Shown: positions 50,201 through 62,420 of the stretch, in pieces
Position numbering within the stretch: position 1 is the first letter of the stretch
Layout: each line of letters starts with the position of its first letter
NCBI RefSeq assembly: GCF_964355755.1
Contig: NC_092680.1
Span: 2,852,001 to 2,916,000 of the forward strand
Direction: 5' to 3'
Origin: Antedon mediterranea
Lineage: Eukaryota; Animalia; Echinodermata
Length of the DNA: 64,000 bases
Translations under genes and position numbers: made by a program
The notes under the pieces: generated by a model
What the model was told of the DNA's origin: nothing
Seen by the model: the letters and a program-made list of their open reading frames with translations, nothing else
The model's database searches: none

Positions 50201-53200
50201 GTTCTGGAATGGAGTGAATGGTCAGCATGTTCTGCTAGTTGTTCTTTTGAAGTAGGAAATAAACGAAGATCTAGAACAATAGTCCAGGCCGAATGTGGTG
50301 GAATTGAATGTTTAGATATGGACAACGAAGAAGAGGTTGAGTGCAATGGTGCATGTGAACTTTCAGATTGGAGTCAATGGTCTTGTACCTGTCATTTCTG
50401 TGCTCCTGGTGACCAACATCTTCATAACCTGTGTACACGGACTAGGAATGTATCTCCCCAATGTACTGGTCTTGAAGAATCATGTGGACAACTTGAAGAG
50501 GAAATATGTGGTGATGAATGTTGTGATGACTTTTGTTTTGTCAGTGATTGGAGTGAATGGGGTGAATGCTCAGCTAATTGCGCAAATGAAATTAATGGAA
50601 CACAAGAGAGATCAAGGACGCAGATATCTCAGTTCTGTTTGGGTCCGCCATGCGAAGCATTGGTTATAAATAGAACCTGCAGCTCTACCCGTTGTCCACG
50701 TGACTGTACCGTTCTTGAATGGAGTGAATGGTCAGCATGTTCTGCTGATTGTTCTGCAATAGATGGGACACGAAATAGAACACGTGGTTTTATTCAGGGA
50801 GCGTGTGGAGGTGCTACGTGCGATACGGACATTTATGAGATGGAGACGTGTACAAGTTTATGTTCTCTTGGTGAATGGAACAATTGGAGTTGCTCGTGTG
50901 CATTTTGTAATCCCGAATCAACATCATCATTATATAACCTTTGTGAAAGAACTAGAGAAGAACATGGTATTTGTGACGGTCGATGTGGAGAATTAACTGA
51001 AGAAAAATGTACTGAATCATGTTGCGACGATTTCTGTGCCACTGACGAGTGGAGTCCTTGGAGCGATTGCAGTGATGGTATATCAGTGCGGAATAGAAAT
51101 GTGGTTTCAGTATTCTGCTTTGGAGATCCATGTGGAGGAATTCAGGAAGAAAACGTTTGCCAAGAAAACTGTTGTGTGTACTCGGAATGGACGACATGGT
51201 CTAACTGTTCAACTAACTGTGCTGAAACTACTGGATATCAGTCAAGAAGCAGAACATTAGAAAGCGAGTGTCTGCAAAATGCGTGCACTGACAGTGATGA
51301 AATCCAATCTTGTGTTGGAACATGCCACCCATCTGATTGGTCTGCTTGGGAATGCACATGTACGTTTTGTAAGCCAGAATCACAGATATTATTCAACAAT
51401 TGTCAACGTTCCAGACATGACGATAGTTCAGCATTTTGTTTTGAAGCGTGCGAACCAGTTGAGGAAACAGAATGCACAGTCGAATGCTGTGATGAGTTTT
51501 GTTTCTGGACCGAGTGGACATCTTGGACGGAATGCCAACTAAATGAAAGGTCAAGAAGTCGAAGCCAGTCATCAACCTTTTGTATTGGTTCACCGTGTGG
51601 ATCATCAATTCAGGTTGAAGAATGCCTTTCATCGCTGACTACCGTTTCAGCTGCAATCGATAAGGCTATAACTGTATTCATCACTGACGAACTTAAAATC
51701 TGTAGTTCTACAACCTGGACGACTTGGAGTGATTGCTTCTCAAAATGTTATGAAAATGTAAGTCAACTAAATACAAAATAATTATCTCATATCATTAAAT
51801 ATTATATCAATTCATTGCATATCGCCCATTAATAAAAGTCTATTTCTTTCATCTCGTACGTATATTATAAGTGGGTCAAATCTATTTTTATTTATCATAA
51901 AGTTAAGTAATAATGCATTGATCTTTATTTATTTAAGATACATCATATTCAGCGAAAGACCTCATTATTATTACCTCAAACTCAATATCATAATTAAGCC
52001 TATTACTAATTGTATATACATAATATAAAAATAACGCTTAAAAAAGAACAACGTTTCGACTCATTACGATAAACGTACCCTCATTACTAATTGTATGTTA
52101 TTTTATCAATATAACTAAAATTGATAATATAAATATTTTAATTTTGGTATTTAATAAACAGAATCCACTACAATATCGTAATCGACAGCTTGTGCCTATG
52201 ATGTGTAATAGTACCCAGTGTATTGAAACAGAGGAAGAAACACGAGCATGCCAGGTATTGTTCAATATTAATAGTCAACTGGCTCTATTATTCCGATTAA
52301 TAATTGAACATTACGTTTTATATTACTATGACTATTTTCAGGGTACCTACTACAAATTAACAAATCATTCGGAGTTCGATGTTCACGAGGAGTTGGTAAA
52401 TCTACACAATATATCAGGTAGCTACCTGTTTATTATTGATATATTGAGACTGTTCATATACTAGATTTAATGAGCATAAATGATATACTAAAACAGTTAA
52501 GAAATATTTTCTTTATTGAAGCATTCTTTCTTTAATTTTTTTCAAATAAATGTAATGCTTTTCGTTCATTTCAACACTATCCAGCCTACCCTTGCGTACT
52601 TAAACCTTTGACTCCATAGTTGCCACGACAGATTACCATTGCCGTCATGTATAGCGGCTTAATTCACTGAATACATACTACACTATACTAAATACTGTTA
52701 CTAACGTTTATATTATTACAGCAAATCAGGATGAGGCAATAAGCATATTCTTCAGTTCAAAAAGTATGAGAGAAAGGCTGCTAATACGTGATAAACATTT
52801 AGCTGCATTTGGATACGTGAGTTTTTATAAAATCAAATGTTACTTTATTAGAGTAGTCACAAAATGATAAAACAAACTCCGAAATATTGAATTATATATT
52901 GTGTGCGTATTTTTCAGCATCGACAACCATTAGACAATGTATACCACGATCGGAAAACACCCCTATTTGTGGAAAGTCGTTGAACCTAATCTTTTTTAAT
53001 CGTCAATAACTAATTATCTAACTCAATTTAATTAATAAACAGGGTAACATCAGGTGGTTAAAATCATGACCGAAAAATTAACGCGCGATTTACCGAATTT
53101 TGCCCTTACGTAAATTTATATATAGATGAGTTGCATTACTTGTTTGTTTTCAAACTTACTAGTGGACCCCCTCTGGTTTTTAGTCACAAAAGTTAATAAC

Positions 53201-56197
53201 ATACCTTTAGTTGATTCTAGCCTCCATGATTCTAGGCAGGTTCAATTCACAACGTTCTGCAGAATTACAGTAGGCACACACGCGGGGGCCTCGTTTGTAA
53301 ATACCGAGGTATGGTGTGCACTTGCTGCCTGATTCTTATAACCCTGGCCCACATGAGTTGAATACTCGAGATACTAATAACAAATGGACATTGTAATGGT
53401 ATTTCGATGTTATCACACGATTGACAGTATTGTTATGTGCATTCTCTTTTAAGCTTAATCTTTCGAGCTATCTTATTTGTAGCTTTGGCTGAAAAAATAA
53501 TAAAAACTAGAAATTTACAAATTAATAGATCTCTTATTTTTTTGTCAATACAGACACTTTCTGAATTTCTAATAAACGTTACGTCACATGACACCCATGC
53601 ATGTATCAATGTTTTGCTAGAGAGTACCACTCAATCGACGACACGTCTTTTGAACGATCTCAGTTCAGGAACATTTGACGTGGAATCAATTCTGGAGGTA
53701 ATAATACCTCTTTCTAACCAGGTAAGTCATCATGACAGTGCCGTATATTGATACATTTAATGCAAATTATTATTTAAAAAGAAAGAATTGAAAACTACCA
53801 ATTACTATAAATTCAGAGCTAATTTCTAAGTACTTACTATTATACTATTTTTTTTATTTTGTTGTTTTTTGGTGTTGTTTTTAAATTCTTCAGACCCAGT
53901 TAAAGTCTGTTGAAGACTTTTTGTAGCTTCTATTATTTAAAAAAAATCAAAATGGCTTCCTTAACTTTTTCCAATAATTATGAGGAAATCTTATAATGTT
54001 TCCTATTATTACTGTATAGGAAATGTTAACAGTTCAAGATTCATACATGGAAGGTAATAATGATATATTTTATTTTGTAAATAGACAAAATAGCATAAAA
54101 GTGAAGCACTCGATTCTCGGTACTGTATCTAGATGTCTACAGCATCATAGGAATATTCAGTAATACAGCATCACATATGTTTTCCATGTATCGACTAGTT
54201 CATAACCTAACCCTGAACAACAAAATTGACAGGCACCACATGTGATACAAATTAGATGCTTTATTCCAATGATACTCGACAACCGATGTTGGTATACAGC
54301 ATTGAATATCGGATAAACACAAGTGAAACCTCTCCAGACAAAGTAGTAACTATTAGTTTAAAAGTCTAATATTATATTATTATTAAAAATATTTCCGATT
54401 TTTATATAGAATACAATAGAAGTCTTGAAACAGTTGTTTTAAACAGTGAAATGGACACAGCGGTAAAGAGGTTATTAGGTTCACTGCTCTTGGTAAGATT
54501 TTTATATTTTAATAATAGGGCCTATGGTGTAAGTTTGTTTTCAACATATTTAAACATGATTGCATTGATTAAGCCAGTAATGAACTATTATTTTATTTCT
54601 AGGGCATGCGTGCTGAATCCAAAGTTGTAAGCATCTCTCAGATAAACAAAGACGTTAACAGAATTTTAGAAGTAAGACGACCATTATTACTATTTTCAAC
54701 TTTTTGGCTTACTATGACCACTTGTTTCTTCCTAAACACCACATTTTGTCTCCTTTATGTACAGAAACTTCCACCTAAAATACTCACGTTTCAAGTATAG
54801 TGTATCAATAGAGAGAGATAGTAAGAAAATTCAGTCGCAATAACACTAATATTTTAGAATAAAATGCTGTGTACTGTTTTGCCATAATTTAAATAATACA
54901 ACATATTTTCTAGGGTGATGATATAGATGTTCAAAGTGTTTTAGCCATACGAAGTTTGGAAGACATCAACACAATTTATGAAGAATTTACATTGGTAAGT
55001 AACATTTAATTTATAATGCACAGTGGTATACAATTAACATTAAACAATAACTAATTCCTATTGATAAAAAAAAAATTAATCTATTAATCATATAATATAC
55101 GATAACAATACTCAGTTAAGTTACTGACAGAGGTAATAGTGTTCATAAATTAGACTAATGACTTATACATTTCTGTTTAATCTAACTAGTCCAATAGTGA
55201 CCTAACAGAATTTTTATTCGACCAATCAGAGGATATTTACATCATGGGATATGTTAAAATCGGTACGTAATAAACCATTTTATCATTTGTGTTTGGATGA
55301 GAGGCAATGATTTTGAATTTTTAAAATTGAAAAGTCTTTTCAATACCTTTTAGAAACTTTTAAGTGTTATATCTTATTTATATAAACTTTCCAATGGAGA
55401 CCTATGTAAAACAGATTAGATGTAAACATCTCCAATATTACAAATCGACAATTTGGCGTTAAGATTTTGGAGCTAAACTGTAAAAGTTAGCCATAATAAT
55501 CTACGTATATCTACCAATTTCGGTGAGTGGCCAGATAAAAATCGTCATAAATGTGTGTGTTGAGTAGAACACATTCACAGCTCAATTTGGATATATGTAT
55601 GTGATCAAACGGACCGAATCCGGGTTCAATGTGAACGTAGCTTATGTCTGATATTTAAACATTTCTTGTAGTTTCTTATGGACGAAGTACTACTGATTAC
55701 TGGGCTGCCGTTTTCAACCGTTTGATACACGTTACACCGTCTTCAAGCAATCATTTTACACGAATATTGGTACAGAGAGCAGAGGTAACGTAATGTATTT
55801 ACTACTGTATTCTTGATAAGAGAATTTGAAAATAAATATGGTGTCTTATTTGGGTGACCTTTACAGAATGAATGTCTATGCATTGGATATGTTGTTTTAA
55901 AACGAAAGAAACGTATATTATGGTTTAAAGACAGATACAGTATAAATAATTGCATTTTTCTTTTGTTTTTAAATTGCATTCGATCATTGCCAAGGTACAT
56001 ATACTATTTAACATTTAAAAAGGTTTTGACAAAGACTATATTATTTAACATCTTTACAGATCGACTTAAATGGAATTACACAACGTTATCAAGAACTGTA
56101 TGGCCGAAGCTTAGAAGATGACGTCATTAATAACTACAGTGGTCCTTGCAAGGAGCAAGCAATTACTACTATTAATCATCAATTTATACATGCCTAA
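44201..56197 (+). CDS. Giant predicted secreted TSR-repeat-annexin fusion protein (~2859 aa, 12 exons)
   Basis: Exon 1, 44201-51757 (7557 nt): signal peptide MYIVSPCITTLLMLISLSTCVYG and about 44 WxxWxxC...R.R TSR modules, ending at a GTAAGT donor. Exon 52162-52254 completes the last TSR. Annexin exons: 52342-52417, 52722-52816, 53554-53721, 54020-54053, 54410-54492, 54603-54671, 54914-54994, 55190-55262, 55672-55784, 56060-56197 (e.g. RILVQRAE|IDLNGITQRYQELYGRSLEDDV). 8580 nt in frame to TAA. Confidence 0.88.
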
Positions 56198-56589
56198 TTA
56201 TAAATTTAATTTACGTAATATATAACGTTATTATGATCTGTTTTAATCAATTAGTTTGTTAATGTAGTAACTGTTTCTACGTAACGAATTTAAGCACATA
56301 CGTTTGCATAAAATTAGCAATACTTTTTTTAGCCTGTACTACTTCTTTATACTTCTGCATTTGTTTGCCTATTTACGCATACTTTAATCGAATATCTATC
56401 ACTCATTTGCTCAATTTGAATTTATATTCTTTAATTTCATTCCATTAAGTTTACTTTTAATTTTCAAATATCGCCTGACGATTACATATAACTAGATACT
56501 GGCATTTTAGTTGCATTAATGTATTTCATGAGCTTTATTTCCTGAAGTAATGGGCAACTCATGAACTTTTGGCCTGCGTTCCTACGACT

Positions 56590-59500
56590 TCATGATTTCT
56601 GCTCGTTAATCAATGCAAGTAACGCGTTTTCAAAATCTCCTCGCGTTTCACCCTTAATTGTGTCACGAAGACTCTTCCCATGCTTAGCTGCATACACTGC
56701 CTTAATTGTTCCAAGATCAACCTGAAATGTCATCCGCTTATTATTAATGATTTGAAGGTATGTAATTACGTTTTGCAGGACAAATTATCAACCACCCACC
56801 ACCACCAAAAAAAAAATGCACTGATTTTACTAACCTCACTACGCGAAACCAAACAGCGCATCAATTTCTCTTCATTTGTGCCTATCCCTTTCATCGAACT
56901 TGCAAGCATGTCTGCGTAATATTCACTTGGGTTACGCACACATTTTACTAGAGAAGAAAAACACGATTATATAATTAAAATCTTAAAGAAATTGTATATT
57001 TTGTGAGTTAGGTAGAAGTGATATTTCAGAAAATGCGATGATCGCATACGTATTCATATTATATTATAAATTATAGCACTGTTTAAAGGTTAAAAGATAA
57101 AATAAAGTGTATACAAAAGTTATTTTTTGATTATTTGTATTCTTGTGGGAATAAAATAAATTAATTGTAGGCATAAAAATAATGTTTTATAGGCTTTACA
57201 TTGTTATACGTTATTACAATTCAAATAAAAAATAATAATAAATATGATATAACCGATGGTAAGGTAACTTTATTCTTGTGGGAATAAAATAAATTAATTG
57301 TAGGCATAAAAATAATGTTTTATAGGCTTTACATTGTTATACGTTATTACAATTCAAATAAAAAATAATAATAAATATGATCAAACCAATGGTAAGGTAG
57401 CTATACTGTAGGTCACCGGACATTTCACTTTTTATTGCTTCTTCAATAGACTTCTTAGAAATCTAAAAAATCAAATAGCAAAAATAGATAATCATCTCAA
57501 AATAAATAACATAGTATAATGACATTAATTTTGATTTTGTTTATATATATATTTAGGCAAATTCCCAAGGATAACAATGAGCGAATTCATTCACTATCCT
57601 TAAAGGTGACAATCCAGTTCACAAGAAAAACATACATAAGATGGTCTACATAAACAAAATCTTATTACAAGTCTTTAGGAGTAGAGTTATAATTTGTCAT
57701 TAGATCAAATCCTGACATGATAGAACTTGAACCCAGGACCCTTGGATTGGTAGGCCACCGACCATATCTCCATTACTAAATCTCAGACGCACTGTAAAAC
57801 AAGTGAAACATTTATGTTTGAAACAGGAGGAAGAATCTTACGTTTCCATAAGCATCAAACACCGCCCTCACGTGTGCATAACTTCTTCCCAGTAATACTC
57901 GCTGAAATTCAGACTCATCTGTTCCAAATTTACCTTCACCAGCCTGTAATGAAAACAAAATAATATTATAATATCAATATATTATTACGTCAATCGTCAA
58001 TGTTCATTGCTCTATTTGTAGTAAATTTATATACAGCACCATAATAATTAGTAAATATACAAACATCCTCTAAATACCTCATAAAGGGCTTTTGCATCCG
58101 AATCTATCTTTTCTTGGTCAACTTCATCCGAGTCATCCCTTCCGGCCTAAACAAATATAAAAATATAGTAAGCGCCCAAAAACTAAGTAAAATATTATAG
58201 CAAAATACAAAGAGCGACGACAGAGGGCGTGATATTTAATATTTCGGCCTATATTGAAGATACTGTTAACTCGAGTTTTTAAAACTTTGTTCCCAGGCAC
58301 CGCTCTTTTTATAATTGTTTAGAATTGTATTTACTCCTAAATTGATTATGAAATTTAAAATGGATTTCTAGTTCGAACTTACTGCAGAAAGCCCAACCAG
58401 TAGACGCTCGAAATCACCCTTTGTTTCACTTTTTAAGTCTTCCTCAAGATTGCGACCAAAACCTAAGGAAATAACATTCGATATTCAAACTGATTGCAAA
58501 GGAAAGATGAGTATATTAAATGTTTCAAGATACACATAAAATACTTTGTAACGTTTAACTAGTAAACGTTTCGTAGGCCTACTCAGAAAGCGTTGCACGA
58601 TGAGGCCCGACGGTGCATGCTGTCTTAAAACTCGACTCGACGAGTCTTCTTCCTCTTGAGATAGCGTCAGGGGCGTATTTTTTATTTTTCTCCAGACGCG
58701 ACGAGACGACTCGTCGTACGATGCTGTCTGAGTTAGCCTTTACGGAATGTAACATTGTATATTTTTATCTTTAAAAAACAAGTCTTACCTTCCTTATACG
58801 CTACTTTTATTGCTTTTATTTGCTGAAAAACAAACACTTAAAACTTAAAATAAAGTATGTTTATTATCTAAACTGTTTTAGGCCTAGGAAAAGACTGCTG
58901 CGTGTACTTCTCTACTTTCTTTTATCATATTCTTTTACAATTGATGAAATAATTAGGACCATTGTAGGCCTACAGTATGTTTAAATGAAAAATAAGCTGA
59001 TAATTACCGCACTGGTTCGAGTACACAGGATTTCAATCAAAAGATTTTCATTAGTTCCTGCACCCTAAACGTGCATTAAATACATAAAAAAAATCATCAT
59101 TTAGTTTATAAACATTTAGTATTAAATGCGTTGTATGCAAATGTTTTCAATTTATTCTACTAAAACACTTGGTTAAGCTTGGTTTCCAATTGGAAGTAAG
59201 GAAAGATCGTAAGTGCGCCGCAATTAATTTGACCAATCACGACGCATGAATCGTAAGCTAATAGCTAATATATGCTAATAATGATTGGTCGACTCATCTA
59301 AACCAAGCTTTATAGAGTTGTTCATACGTACTTTCATTGCCGCTCCAAGACATTTGGCATCAAACAACGGCGGAAGATCCAATAAAGCTAACAGCACCTT
59401 TTCAAAATTGCCACTGCATTCGCTCTTAATGTCGTCAACAAGATCCTGAAATGAATTGTTGAGTATGTTAAACATAACTTAGTTTACACACAATCGAGTG

Positions 59501-62420
59501 AGGTATACGTTTGTGGAAATAGAAAGTCACCAAAGGTCACATTTAGAGAGGGTCATTTTGGTGTACATACTCAACTCATGCAGCATTAACTTGACCCGAC
59601 TTACAATACCTGCCACCAGCAACCACACTGACGTGATCCTTTCTTAAACGCCGAAACAGGAATGTATATATTAATGTATGTATGTATGTTGATTGATTGA
59701 ACCTACCCTGCCATAACACGTTTTATAATGCAGCTTTAGTTCCTGCCGTTGAGGATTGTTGCGGTATGCAATGATATCAACTAGTGCCTTCTCATCGGTT
59801 CCTGAAAAAAAGAGTAAACGTAATTCATTAATCTATATTCATTACGTTACGTTGTAGAAACATAACATACCGTAAACATATATTTCAAGTTTAGAAGTAG
59901 ATAACACTGTCTTGTTGGATCAGTTTACACTTATATAAAATAAGGGATAGGGAAACTTCCAGTACGACAGGCCGTAGGCCTACATTATATTAATTAATAA
60001 TATTAACTTTTACTTATAACATTACAGCATTTTCATACTATATGAAACCAGAATATATGGTACATAGAACGGAAACAAAATATGAATTAAAAAAGGAGAT
60101 GAAAAGTCTATCAATATTTGATAACGATTTCTTTAAATCGTTTAGTCTACTGTTTATTCAGTTCTCAACAAAAGATTAGTGAAAAACTGAAATTTCCGCC
60201 ATTTGTACGATTACATAACACGCAATGCTATACCCTCGGTGGTCGAGGATATAATTATATAACTTGAAACGTTGATATGAAAATGAGGTGAATTATTTAA
60301 CTGAACTTACTTAAATGATAATCATCTAATACTTACCCATTCCTTTCATGGCCTTCCGTAAGATTTGAACATCTTTATCTTTGTCAAAGTTTGCGTATGC
60401 ACGGATTGTTGGCTTGTAACGGAACAAAATAAAAATGTATTTTAGTTTATTTAACTAAAACAATACAACATCTATCAGTATAAAGCTAATTCATTTTAAT
60501 TTGATTTATCTTACAACGGAACCGAAACATATACCTTAAACTATTTGTACTTCAACATAAACAAGATGCTTGTTCCCTTTGCAAAATTGAAAACTTTTTG
60601 CAACACGATCACGTAGCCACAGGTTCATTATGGTGGAATGAAGGATCGAATTATGACATTACTTTAATCGGATCTTCAAACGTATTATTAATTAAAAAAT
60701 ATTATAAATTATAACTGCTGTAAAGCCAGCATATCTTGTACATGGTTTGTTTTTTATGGCTTAACTAATGGTAAATTGGCAACGTAGTAGTTTGAGGCAT
60801 TTCTGCTGCGTATGGCGCCCCATATTTCAGGTATAGTAATTAAATAAAGTATATGGTTATCTACATATCAGTAGGCCTATAGCGCCACAAAATATGTATA
60901 CAATAATCAAACACGAATAAACCGTTTCTACACATACTTGGTGTTAAAATTTAACACAAAATAACTTATATAGAAATTTATTCAATTGTATAAATATTTA
61001 ACGTAGGTAAATAACATGTGAATGAGGTGCTCGTGACTTACCAAGATAAAGTGAGTTGACCGAAAGAACGATTAGAGTTCACAAAGTAGGCTATCGGTTT
61101 CGTAATTCAGCGCTTGTGTGTAACGCTTAGTTCCCACTAGGATGTAACGCAACGACGTAAGCACGACGTAAGCAATCTAAACAATTACAAGCGATGGATT
61201 ATCCGAACTTTCACGCGTGATTGGTCAACTCGCTTGCGTTGCGCTTACTACGTCCTTGCGTTGTGTCCTAGTGTGAACCAAGCTTAAAAGCGAGCGCACG
61301 CATTGTGATAGTTCGCACGTCAAGCACGCACATTAAATAGTCAATCCTTCTCAACAGGTACACATATCCCCAAAATCATTACCATCATTCCCCATTAGTG
61401 AGGATGGACATCATGTATGGAATGGATTGAATAAAGCATAATTCCCACTGAATGTTTTCATACGATGATATGCATGTGAAATGTTGATGAACAGGCGTAT
61501 GAGATGCGTGAGCGTGAGTTTCATGTCATAGTGTAGACTGCCTGTTATGCTGGGATATGGAGGGAGTTACCCTCATCATTCATCCTGGGTTCTCTATAGC
61601 TCAACCCTGAGGGCCCAGTCAGTTTCAGTTGGTCATCTGATAGCCGACCTCGTCCCACCCACAAATCTTACCGTAAGGAGAGTAGGCCTACCCTTAACGC
61701 ATAAAAAGACCGATATAACCTGACTAAATTAATACTGTCAACAATTATAGGCTACATTAACATAATACGGTATCTCCGATGTTACTTAACGCAATGTGAA
61801 TTTGTATCACTATTATTACGTCTAATGTATTTTTAGCACATTTTACATATGTTTTTTTTTCCATTTTTTTGGGAGAGATTTGACACTTATTAGTGGTTTA
61901 ATCATAAATCTTAAAAGCTTCGACAATTTAAAGATTTTCTCTCATCGTTTGACATTTAAAAAAATAAATGTATTGTCGTAATTAACATACCGGAAATATA
62001 AATATTATTGCTTGTTTCTTGTTGAGTGGGTACTAAAATAAAATTGTATAGTCTTTGAACGTTTTCTCACATGCTGTAACACAAAATGTAAATAATTTTT
62101 GCCGTGAGCACTTTCTTATTGTTACGACTCTATCAAGCTTAAAATCATGTAGGTATCAGTATACAAATGCCCCATATTTAACAATGGCAAAGTCTATATC
62201 ACGTCAAAGCTGGTCAAAATAGCATAGAGCGTTGCACAGATTCGCGACAAAACGCATACCGTATATAACCATTGATTTTGATGACCATTTTCACCATCAT
62301 ATTCACGTACAGTATTACAATAATTATACACAAAATACATACACTGTATAATATCTAATATTATTTAAAATACTATAATTAACGTTAAAATTAGCAGTAT
62401 ATACTTACAACTGCAGCCAT
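56590..62420 (-). CDS. Canonical annexin (~319 aa, 12 coding exons) with four intact type-II Ca2+ sites
   Basis: Exons 62420-62409 (MAAV), 60412-60337, 59801-59707, 59445-59332, 59064-59008, 58822-58789, 58462-58383, 58146-58078, 57943-57842, 57462-57387, 56947-56835, 56721-56590. Endonexin loops MKGMGTDE, MKGAGTNE, GEGKFGTDE and MKGIGTNE each have an acidic cap (KSEC, KSET, KSEM, KGET). The 12-nt first exon is the least certain part. Confidence 0.93.
57138..57399. repeat. 133-bp tandem duplication covering an annexin exon end and splice donor
   Basis: TATTCTTGTGGGAATAAAAT...GGTAAGGTA occurs starting at 57138 and again at 57271. Confidence 0.85.

Noticed and set aside
44249-51632. Many short overlapping and antisense ORFs inside the giant exon
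   Set aside because: Expected shadows of a long repetitive coding exon; no recognisable protein features.
44201-51781. Calling the 2526-aa ORF a single-exon SCO-spondin, hemicentin or properdin gene
   Set aside because: It has only TSR modules (no vWD, LDLa, Ig or EGF seen), and a consensus donor at 51758 interrupts a TSR that is completed by exon 52162-52254.
52255-52341. In-frame, stop-free 87-nt intron as a retained transmembrane segment
   Set aside because: It has a good donor and acceptor, and the encoded peptide contains R, E, H and D; no evidence for retention.
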